NCBI GenBank assembly: GCA_965235115.1
Contig: OZ249436.1
Location: forward strand, 47,308,001 to 47,372,000
DNA from: Laetmonice hystrix
Taxonomy: Eukaryota
Length of the DNA: 64,000 bases
Reading direction: 5' to 3'
Below the pieces are notes generated by a model. That model was not told where the DNA came from. It was given only the letters and a program-made list of their open reading frames with translations, and searched no databases. Position 1 is the stretch's first letter, and the number at the start of each line of letters is the position of its first letter. A program made the translations under genes and the position numbers. Below, piece after piece: positions 1 to 12,000 of this stretch.

Positions 1-3000
1 ACAAGAGTAGCCAGTAGTATAGGGACGCCTCATGTTTCAGTTTCCATGCCTTTATTGTCCAGGAGGCAGGCCATCCGTTTCGTCTATCATCTACTCCCAT
101 CTAATCTGTGTCCCCTACATACCATCTGTAAGCGTCCGACAACGTTGTCAGATCGTCCCAATGACTGTTTGCCGTCAAGGTTTAGTTAACAATGGCAAAT
201 GACGTTGAACGCCTATTCTATATCAGATATCCCATCCCCAAGTAACAAACAAACAAAGGATGATTACCCAGAGATATTGCCGGCAGAAAACACCAGGGTG
301 CAGCTGACGGCGCTGACTGCACTGCCGCCTTCCGGCCAGCGGTGGAATCACCACGTACACCTCGCCGGGCTGGCAGGCACCTGTGGCCCTGAGGCGAGAG
401 ACAGGTTAAAGCAACGATAAGCGAAACATTTCTACATTTTTGTACGTCAAATTGAATGTACGGCCCCCAAAATTATTATTCTTAGGCCAGATGTATAATT
501 GTCAAGCGTATAGGTCTCGTACGTTCGCTACAGATATATGGTTGTGATGTGTACACTTCCCATTTGAGTATCTTCTCCTGATTTTAACATTAGATCCTCC
601 TCGCCTGTACCTTTCATTTTCACTACCTCACTGTAGTGTTTGCATGGCTACTATAGGCCAGCTGATAAGTTGTAGGGATTTCTCACTCTACTGGTTGGCC
701 TCCCACACTGCTTGGCTCCATAGTGTACTCACTGTACTCTTTGGCCTCACTGTAGTGTTCGTTTGGATGCTAGGCCAGCCAGTATACCTTGTAGCGATTC
801 CTCCCCGTACTGTTTGGCAAGAGTAGCCAGTAGTATAGGGACGCCTCATGTTTCAGTTTCCATGCCTTTATTGTCCAGGAGGCAGGCCATCCGTTTCGTC
901 TATCATCTACTCCCATCTAATCTGTGTCCCCTACATACCATCTGTAAGCGTCCGACAACGTTGTCAGGCCGTCCCAATGACTCTTTGCCGTCAAGGTTTA
1001 GTTAACAATGGCAAATGACGTTGAACGCCTATTCTATATCAGATATCCCATCCCCAAGTAACAAACAAACAAAGGATGATTACCCAGAGATATTGCCGGC
1101 AGAAAACACCAGGGTGCAGCTGACGGCGCTGACTGCACTGCCGCCTTCCGGCCAGCGGTGGAATCACCACGTACACCTCGCCGGGCTGGCAGGCACCTGT
1201 GGCCCTGAGGCGAGAGACAGGTTAAAGCAACGATAAGCGAAACATTTCTACATTTTTGTACGTCAAATTGAATGTACGGCCCCCAAAATTATTATTCTTA
1301 GGCCAGATGTATAATTGTCAAGCGTATAGGTCTCGTACGTTCGCTACAGATATATGGTTGTGATGTGTACACTTCCCATTTGAGTATCTTCTCCTGATTT
1401 TAACATTAGATCCTCCTCGCCTGTACCTTTCATTTTCACTTCCTCACTGTAGTGTTTGCATGGCTACTATAGGCCAGCTGGTAAGTTGTAGGGACTTCTC
1501 ACTCTACTGGTTGGCCTCCCACACTGCTTGGCTCCATAGTGTACTCACTGTACTCTTTGGCCTCACTGTAGTGTTCGTTTGGGTGCTAAGCCAGCCAGTA
1601 TACCATGTAGCGATTCCCCCCCGTACTGTTTGGCCTCCCTGTACCGTTTGCTTGTATACAAGAGTAGCCAGTAGTATAGGGACGCCTCATGTTTCAGTTT
1701 CCATGCCTTTATTGTCCAGGAGGCAGGCCATCCGTTTCGTCTATCATCTACTCCCATCTAATCTGTGTCCCCTACATACCATCTGTAAGCGTCCGACAAC
1801 GTTGTCAGATCGTCCCAATGACTGTTTGCCGTCAAGGTTTAGTTAACAATGGCAAATGACGTTGAACGCCTATTCTATATCAGATATCCCATCCCCACGT
1901 AACAAACAAACAAAGGATGATTACCCAGAGATATTGCCGGCAGAAAACACCAGGGTGCAGCTGACGGCGCTGACTGCACTGCCGCCTTCCGGCCAGCGGT
2001 GGAATCACCACGTACACCTCGCCGGGCTGGCAGGCACCTGTGGCCCTGAGGCGAGAGACAGGTTAAAGCAACGATAAGCGAAACATTTCTACATTTTTGT
2101 ACGTCAAATTGAATGTACGGCCCCCAAAATTATTATTCTTAGGCCAGATGTATAATTGTCAAGCGTATAGGTCTCGTACGTTCGCTACAGATATATGGTT
2201 GTGATGTGTACACTTCCCATTTGAGTATCTTCTCCTGATTTTAACATTAGATCCTCCTCGCCTGTACCTTTCATTTTCACTACCTCACTGTAGTGTTTGC
2301 ATGGCTACTATAGGCCAGCTGGTAAGTTGTAGGGATTTCTCACTCTACTGGTTGGCCTCCCACACTGCTTGGCTCCATAGTGTACTCACTGTACTCTTTG
2401 GCCTCACTGTAGTGTTCGTTTGGGTGCTAAGCCAGCCAGTATACCATGTAGCGATTCCTCCCCGTACTGTTTGGCCTCCCTGTACCGTTTGCTTGTATAC
2501 AAGAGTAGCCAGTAGTATAGGGACGCCTCATGTTTCAGTTTCCATGCCTTTATTGTCCAGGAAGCAGGCCATCCGTTTCGTCTATCATCTACTCCCATCT
2601 AATCTGTGTCCCCTACATACCATCTGTAAGCGTCCGACAACGTTGTCAGGCCGTCCCAATGACTGTTTGCCGTCAAGGTTTAGTTAACAATGGCAAATGA
2701 CGTTGAACGCCTATTCTATATCAGATATCCCATCCCCAAGTAACAAACAAACAAAGGATGATTACCCAGAGATATTGCCGGCAGAAAACACCAGGGTGCA
2801 GCTGACGGCGCTGACTGCACTGCCGCCTTCCGGCCAGCGGTGGAATCACCACGTAAACCTCGCCGGGCTGGCAGGCACCTGTGGCCCTGAGGCGAGAGAC
2901 AGGTTAAAGCAACGATAAGCGAAACATTTCTACATTTTTGTAAGTCAAATTGAATGTACGGCCCCCAAAATTATTATTCTTAGGCCAGATGTATAATTGT

Positions 3001-6000
3001 CAAGCGTATAGGTCTCGTACGTTCGCTACAGATATATGGTTGTGATGTGTACACTTTCCATTTGAGTATCTTCTCCTGATTTTAACATTAGATGCTCCTC
3101 GCCTGTACCTTTCATTTTCACTACCTCACTGTAGTGTTTGCATGGCTACTATAGGCCAGCTGGTAAGTTGTAGGGACTTCTCACTCGACTGGTTGGCCTC
3201 CCACACTGCTTGGCTCCATAGTGTACTCACTGTACTCTTTGGCCTCACTGTAGTGTTCGTTTGGGTGCTAAGCCAGCCAGTATACCATGTAGCGATTCCT
3301 CCCCGTACTGTTTGGCCTCCCTGTACCGTTTGCTTGTATACAAGAGTAGCCAGTAGTATAGGGACGCCTCATGTTTCAGTTTCCATGCCTTTATTGTCCA
3401 GGAGGCAGGCCATCCGTTTCGTCTATCATCTACTCCCATCTAATCTGTGTCCCCTACATACCATCTGTAAGCGTCCGACAACGTTGTCAGGCCGTCCCAA
3501 TGACTCTTTGCCGTCAAGGTTTAGTTAACAATGGCAAATGACGTTGAACGCCTATTCTATATCAGATATCCCATCCCCAAGTAACAAACAAACAAAGGAT
3601 GATTACCCAGAGATATTGCCGGCAGAAAACACCAGGGTGCAGCTGACGGCGCTGACTGCACTGCCGCCTTCCGGCCAGCGGTGGAATCACCACGTACACC
3701 TCGCCGGGCTGGCAGGCACCTGTGGCCCTGAGGCGAGAGACAGGTTAAAGCAACGATAAGCGAAACATTTCTACATTTTTGTACGTCAAATTGAATGTAC
3801 GGCCCCCAAAATTATTATTCTTAGGCCAGATGTATAATTGTCAAGCGTATAGGTCTCGTACGTTCGCTACAGATATATGGTTGTGATGTGTACACTTCCC
3901 ATTTGAGTATCTTCTCCTGATTTTAACATTAGATCCTCCTCGCCTGTACCTTTCATTTTCACTTCCTCACTGTAGTGTTTGCATGGCTACTATAGGCCAG
4001 CTGGTAAGTTGTAGGGACTTCTCACTCTACTGGTTGGCCTCCCACACTGCTTGGCTCCATAGTGTACTCACTGTACTCTTTGGCCTCACTGTAGTGTTCG
4101 TTTGGGTGCTAAGCCAGCCAGTATACCATGTAGCGATTAATCCCCGTACTGTTTGGCCTCCCTGTACCGTTTGCTTGTATACAAGAGTAGCCAGTAGTAT
4201 AGGGACGCCTCATGTTTCAGTTTCCATGCCTTTATTGTCCAGGAGGCAGGCCATCCGTTTCGTCTATCATCTACTCCCATCTAATCTGTGTCCCCTACAT
4301 ACCATCTGTAAGCGTCCGACAACGTTGTCAGATCGTCCCAATGACTGTTTGCCGTCAAGGTTTAGTTAACAATGGCAAATGACGTTGAACGCCTATTCTA
4401 TATCAGATATCCCATCCCCACGTAACAAACAAACAAAGGATGATTACCCAGAGATATTGCCGGCAGAAAACACCAGGGTGCAGCTGACGGCGCTGACTGC
4501 ACTGCCGCCTTCCGGCCAGCGGTGGAATCACCACGTACACCTCGCCGGGCTGGCAGGCACCTGTGGCCCTGAGGCAATAGAGACAGGTTAAAGCAACGAT
4601 AAGCGAAACATTTCTACATTTTTGTACGTCAAATTGAATGTACGGCCCCCAAAATTATTATTCTTAGGCCAGATGTATAATTGTCAAGCGTATAGGTCTC
4701 GTACGTTCGCTACAGATATATGGTTGTGATGTGTACACTTCCCATTTCAGTATCTTCTCCTGATTTTAACATTAGATCCTCCTCGCCTGTACCTTTCATT
4801 TTCACTACCTCACTGTAGTGTTTGCATGGCTACTATAGGCCAGCTGGTAAGTTGTAGGGATTTCTCACTCTACTGGTTGGCCTCCCACACTGCTTGGCTC
4901 CATAGTGTACTCACTGTACTCTTTGGCCTCACTGTAGTGTTCGTTTGGGTGCTAAGCCAGCCAGTATACCATGTAGCGATTCCTCCCCGTACTGTTTGGC
5001 CTCCCTGTACCGTTTGCTTGTATACAAGAGTAGCCAGTAGTATAGGGACGCCTCATGTTTCAGTTTCCATGCCTTTATTGTCCAGGAGGCAGGCCATCCG
5101 TTTCGTCTATCATCTACTCCCATCTAATCTGTGTCCCCTACATACCATCTGTAAGCGTCCGACAACGTTGTCAGGCCGTCCCAATGACTGTTTGCCGTCA
5201 AGGTTTAGTTAACAATGGCAAATGACGTTGAACGCCTATTCTATATCAGATATCCCATCCCCAAGTAACAAACAAACAAAGGATGATTACCCAGAGATAT
5301 TGCCGGCAGAAAACACCAGGGTGCAGCTGACGGCGCTGACTGCACTGCCGCCTTCCGGCCAGCGGTGGAATCACCACGTAAACCTCGCCCGGGCTGGCAG
5401 GCACCTGTGGCCCTGAGGCGAGAGACAGGTTAAAGCAACGATAAGCGAAACATTTCTACATTTTTGTAAGTCAAATTGAATGTACGGCCCCCAAAATTAT
5501 TATTCTTAGGCCAGATGTATAATTGTCAAGCGTATAGGTCTCGTACGTTCGCTACAGATATATGGTTGTGATGTGTACACTTCCCATTTGAGTATCTTCT
5601 CCTGATTTTAACATTAGATGCTCCTCGCCTGTACCTTTCATTTTCACTACCTCACTGTAGTGTTTGCATGGCTACTATAGGCCAGCTGGTAAGTTGTAGG
5701 GACTTCTCACTCGACTGGTTGGCCTCCCACACTGCTTGGCTCCATAGTGTACTCACTGTACTCTTTGGCCTCACTGTAGTGTTCGTTTGGGTGCTAAGCC
5801 AGCCAGTATACCATGTAGCGATTCCTCCCCGTACTGTTTGGCCTCCCTGTACCGTTTGCTTGTATACAAGAGTAGCCAGTAGTATAGGGACGCCTCATGT
5901 TTCAGTTTCCATGCCTTTATTGTCCAGGAGGCAGGCCATCCGTTTCGTCTATCATCTACTCCCATCTAATCTGTGTCCCCTACATACCATCTGTAAGCGT

Positions 6001-9000
6001 CCGACAACGTTGTCAGATCGTCCCAATGACTGTTTGCCGTCAAGGTTTAGTTAACAATGGCAAATGACGTTGAACACCTATTCTATATCAGATATCCCAT
6101 CCCCAAGTAACAAACAAACAAAGGATGATTACCCAGAGATATTGCCGGCAGAAAACACCAGGGTGCAGCTGACGGCGCTGACTGCACTGCCGCCTTCCGG
6201 CCAGCGGTGGAATCACCACGTACACCTCGCCGGGCTGGCAGGCACCTGTGGCCCTGAGGCGAGAGACAGGTTAAAGCAACGATAAGCGAAACATTTCTAC
6301 ATTTTTGTACGTCAAATTGAATGTACGGCCCCCAAAATTATTATTCTTAGGCCAGATGTATAATTGTCAAGCGTATAGGTCTCGTACGTTCGCTACAGAT
6401 ATATGGTTGTGATGTGTACACTTCCCATTTGAGTATCTTCTCCTGATTTTAACATTAGATCCTCCTCGCCTGTACCTTTCATTTTCACTACCTCACTGTA
6501 GTGTTTGCATGGCTACTATAGGCCAGCTGGTAAGTTGTAGGGACTTCTCACTCTACTGGTTGGCCTCCCACACTGCTTGGCTCCATAGTGTACTCACTGT
6601 ACTCTTTGGCCTCACTGTAGTGTTCGTTTGGGTGCTAAGCCAGCCAGTGTACCTTGTAGCGATTCCTCCCCGTACTGTTTGGCCTCCCTGTACCGTTTGC
6701 TTGTATACAAGAGTAGCCAGTAGTATAGGGACGCCTCATGTTTCAGTTTCCATGCCTTTATTGTCCAGGAGGCAGGCCATCCATTTCGTCTATCATCTAC
6801 TCCCATCTAATCTGTGTCCCCTACATACCATCTGTAAGCGTCCGACAACGTTGTCAGGTCGTCCCAATGACTGTTTGCCGTCAAGGTTTAGTTAACAATG
6901 GCAAATGACGTTGAACGCCTATTCTATATCAGATATCCCATCCCCAAGTAACAAACAAACAAAAGATGATTACCCAGAGATATTGCCGGAAGAAAACACC
7001 AGGGTGCAGCTGACGGCGCTGACTGCACTGCCGCCTTCCGGCCAGCGGTGGAATCACCACGTACACCTGGCCGGGCTGGCAGGCACCTGTGGCCCTGAAG
7101 CGAGAGACAGGTTAAAGCAATGATAAGCAAAAAATGACTACATTTTTGATACGTCAAATTGAAAGTACGGCCCCCAAAATTATTATTCTTAGGCCAGATG
7201 TATAATTGTCAAGCGTATAGGTCTCGTACGTTCGCTACAGATATATGGTTGTGATGTGTACACTTCCCATTTGAGTATCTTCTCCTGATTTTAACATTAG
7301 ATCCTCCTCGCCTGTACCTTTCATTTTCACTACCTCACTGTAGTGTTTGCATGGCTACTATAGGCCAGCTGATAAGTTGTAGGGATTTCTCACTCTACTG
7401 GTTGGCCTCCCACACTGCTTGGCTCCATAGTGTACTCACTGTACTCTTTGGCCTCACTGTAGTGTTCGTTTGGATGCTAGGCCAGCCAGTATACCATGTA
7501 GCGATTCCTCCCCGTACTGTTTGGCAAGAGTAGCCAGTAGTATAGGGACGCCTCATGTTTCAGTTTCCATGCCTTTATTGTCCAGGAGGCAGGCCATCCG
7601 TTTCGTCTATCATCTACTCCCATCTAATCTGTGTCCCCTACATACCATCTGTAAGCGTCCGACAACGTTGTCAGGCCGTCCCAATGACTCTTTGCCGTCA
7701 AGGTTTAGTTAACAATGGCAAATGACGTTGAACGCCTATTCTATATCAGATATCCCATCCCCACGTAACAAACAAACAAAGGATGATTACCCAGAGATAT
7801 TGCCGGCAGAAAACACCAGGGTGCAGCTGACGGCGCTGACTGCACTGCCGCCTTCCGGCCAGCGGTGGAATCACCACGTACACCTCGCCGGGCTGGCAGG
7901 CACCTGTGGCCCTGAGGCGAGAGACAGGTTAAAGCAACGATAAGCGAAACATTTCTACATTTTTGTACGTCAAATTGAATGTACGGCCCCCAAAATTATT
8001 ATTCTTAGGCCAGATGTATAATTGTCAAGCGTATAGGTCTCGTACGTTCGCTACAGATATATGGTTGTGATGTGTACACTTCCCATTTGAGTATCTTCTC
8101 CTGATTTTAACATTAGATCCTCCTCGCCTGTACCTTTCATTTTCACTACCTCACTGTAGTGTTTGCATGGCTACTATAGGCCAGCTGATAAGTTGTAGGG
8201 ATTTCTCACTCTACTGGTTGGCCTCCCACACTGCTTGGCTCCATAGTGTACTCACTGTACTCTTTGGCCTCACTGTAGTGTTCGTTTGGATGCTAGGCCA
8301 GCCAGTATACCATGTAGCGATTCCTCCCCGTACTGTTTGGCAAGAGTAGCCAGTAGTATAGGGACGCCTCATGTTTCAGTTTCCATGCCTTTATTGTCCA
8401 GGAGGCAGGCCATCCGTTTCGTCTATCATCTACTCCCATCTAATCTGTGTCCCCTACATACCATCTGTAAGCGTCCGACAACGTTGTCAGGCCGTCCCAA
8501 TGACTCTTTGCCGTCAAGGTTTAGTTAACAATGGCAAATGACGTTGAACGCCTATTCTATATCAGATATCCCATCCCCAAGTAACAAACAAACAAAGGAT
8601 GATTACCCAGAGATATTGCCGGCAGAAAACACCAGGGTGCAGCTGACGGCGCTGACTGCACTGCCGCCTTCCGGCCAGCGGTGGAATCACCACGTACACC
8701 TCGCCGGGCTGGCAGGCACCTGTGGCCCTGAGGCGAGAGACAGGTTAAAGCAACGATAAGCGAAACATTTCTACATTTTTGTACGTCAAATTGAATGTAC
8801 GGCCCCCAAAATTATTATTCTTAGGCCAGATGTATAATTGTCAAGCGTATAGGTCTCGTACGTTCGCTACAGATATATGGTTGTGATGTGTACACTTCCC
8901 ATTTGAGTATCTTCTCCTGATTTTAACATTAGATCCTCCTCGCCTGTACCTTTCATTTTCACTTCCTCACTGTAGTGTTTGCATGGCTACTATAGGCCAG

Positions 9001-12000
9001 CTGGTAAGTTGTAGGGACTTCTCACTCTACTGGTTGGCCTCCCACACTGCTTGGCTCCATAGTGTACTCACTGTACTCTTTGGCCTCACTGTAGTGTTCG
9101 TTTGGGTGCTAAGCCAGCCAGTATACCATGTAGCGATTCCTCCCCGTACTGTTTGGCCTCCCTGTACCGTTTGCTTGTATACAAGAGTAGCCAGTAGTAT
9201 AGGGACGCCTCATGTTTCAGTTTCCATGCCTTTATTGTCCAGGAGGCAGGCCATCCGTTTCGTCTATCATCTACTCCCATCTAATCTGTGTCCCCTACAT
9301 ACCTTCTGTAAGCGTCCGACAACGTTGCCAGGTCGTCCCAATGACTGTTTGCCGTCAAGGTTTAGTTAACAATGGCAAATGACGTTGAACGCCTATTCTA
9401 TATCAGATATCCCATCCCCAAGTAACAAACAAACAAAGGATGATTACCCAGAGATATTGCCGGCAGAAAACACCAGGGTGCAGCTGACGGCGCTGACTGC
9501 ACTGCCGCCTTCCGGCCAGCGGTGGAATCACCACGTACACCTCGCCGGGCTGGCAGGCACCTGTGGCCCTGAGGCGAGAGACAGGTTAAAGCAACGATAA
9601 GCGAAACATTTCTACATTTTTGTACGTCAAATTGAATGTACGGCCCCCAAAATTATTATTCTTAGGCCAGATGTATAATTGTCAAGCGTATAGGTCTCGT
9701 ACGTTCGCTACAGATATATGGTTGTGATGTGTACACTTCCCATTTGAGTATCTTCTCCTGATTTTAACATTAGATGCTCCTCGCCTGTACCTTTCATTTT
9801 GACTACCTCACTGTAGTGTTTGCATGGCTACTATAGGCCAGCTGGTAAGTTGTAGGGACTTCTCACTCGACTGGTTGGCCTCCCACACTGCTTGGCTCCA
9901 TAGTGTACTCACTGTACTCTTTGGCCTCACTGTAGTGTTCGTTTGGGTGCTAAGCCAACCAGTATACCTTGTAGCGATTCCTCCCCGTACTGTTTGGCCT
10001 CCCTGTACCGTTTGCTTGTATACAAGAGTAGCCAGTAGTATAGGGACGCCTCATGTTTCAGTTTCCATGCCTTTATTGTCCAGGAGGCAGGCCATCCATT
10101 TCGTCTATCATCTACTCCCATCTAATCTGTGTCCCCTACATACCATCTGTAAGCGTCCGACAACGTTGTCAGGTCGTCCCAATGACTGTTTGCCGTCAAG
10201 GTTTAGTTAACAATGGCAAATGACGTTGTACGTCTATTCTATATCAGATATCCCATCCCCAAGTAACAAACAAACAAAGGATGATTACCCAGAGACGTTT
10301 CCGGCAGAAAACACCAGGGTGCAGCTGACGGCGCTGCCAGCACTGCCGCCTTCCGGCCAGCGGTGGAATCACCACGTACACCTGGCCGGGCTGGCAGGCA
10401 CCTGTGGCCCTTAGGCGAGAGACAGGTTAAAGCAACGAGAAGCGAAAAATGGCTACATTTTTGATACGTCAAATTGAAAGTACGGCCCCCAAAATTATTA
10501 TTCTTAGGCCAGATGTATAATTGTCAAGCGTATAGGTCTCGTACGTTCGCTACAGATATATGGTTGTGATGTGTACACTTCCCATTTGAGTATCTTCTCC
10601 AGATTTTATCCCCATCCCCAAGTAACAAACAAACAAAGGATGATTACCCAGAGATATTGCCGGCAGAAAACACCAGGGTGCAGCTGACGGCGCTGCCAGC
10701 ACTGCCGCCTTCCGGCCAGCGGTGGAATCACCACGTACACCTCGCCGGGCTGGCAGGCACCTGTGGCCCTGAGGCGAGAGACAGGTTAAAGCAATGATAA
10801 GCGAAAAATGGCTACATTTTTGATACGTTAAATTGAAACTACGGCCCCCAAAATTATTATTCTTAGGCCAGATGTATAATTGTCAAGCGTATAGGTCTCG
10901 TACGTTCGTTACAGATATATGGTTGTGATTTGTACACTTCCCATTTTCTTCTCCTGATTTTAACATTAAATGCTCCTCGCCTGTACGTTTCATTTCCACT
11001 ACCTCACTGTATTTTTCTTTTGAAATGCACGGGCATCAGGGGTAACCCAATTACTTTGACAATGTCCCTAAAGAGAAAAGTTGCATAGTCCTCTACAGGA
11101 ATCGAACCCAGGCCCTAAGATTACTGCACCCATTCGCATAGCATAAGGTGTCGACATCCATGCCCACTAGGCCACCGCCACTCCCCTAAAAAAAGGAGCT
11201 TTGGTGGTCTAGCAGGACAATGGACCATCCCCCCCTACACACATCTTTTTGAAATGAGACGGAATCCATATTTTCCTAGTTAGAGCTACACATGATTTCT
11301 ACCGAACATTGACTGTTAAGGTAATCCTGGCACTGGCGTAGACTGTATTTTTCTTTTGAAATGCACGGGCATCAGGGGTAACCCAATTACTTTGACAATG
11401 TATCTAAAGAGAAAAGTTGTATAGTCCTCTACAGGAATCGAACCCAGGCCCTAAGATTACTGCACCCATTCGCATAGCATAAGGTGTCGACATCCATGCC
11501 CACTAGGCCACCGCCACTCCCCTAAAAAAAGGAGCTTTGGTGGTCGAGCAGGACAATGGACCCTCCCCCCCCCCTACACACATCTTTTTTAAATGAGACG
11601 GAATCCATATTTTCCTAGTTAGAGCTACACATGATTTCTACCGAACATTGACTGTTAAGGTAATCCTGGCACTGGCGTAGACTGTATTTTTCTTTTGAAA
11701 TGCACGGGCATCAGGGGTAACCCAATTACTTTGACAATGTCCCTAAAGAGAAAAGTTGTATAGTCCTCTACAGGAATCGAACCCAGGCCCTAAGATTACT
11801 GCACCCATTCGCATAGCATAAGGTGTCGACATCCATGCCCACTAGGCCACCGCCACTCCCCTAAAAAAAGGAGCTTTGGTGGTCGAGCAGGACAATGGAC
11901 CCTCCCCCCCCCCCTACACACATCTTTTTTAAATGAGACGGAATCCATATTTTCCTAGTTAGAGGTACACATGATTTCTACCGAACATTGACTGTTAAGG

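Noticed and set aside
430..450. Sm-site-like ATTTTTG in the satellite suggesting an snRNA or SL RNA gene array
   Set aside because: No recognisable snRNA, 5S or spliced-leader sequence around it.
11080..11190. Functional tRNA gene in the 338-bp unit
   Set aside because: A and B boxes are present, but no acceptor stem or anticodon arm can be formed.
11120..11290. HDV-like ribozyme suggested by GGGCATGG...CTATG-CGAA-TGGG on the minus strand
   Set aside because: The P4 and J4/2-like part fits, but there is no P3/L3 with the required TCC loop and no proper P2 5' strand. An Infernal search would settle it.
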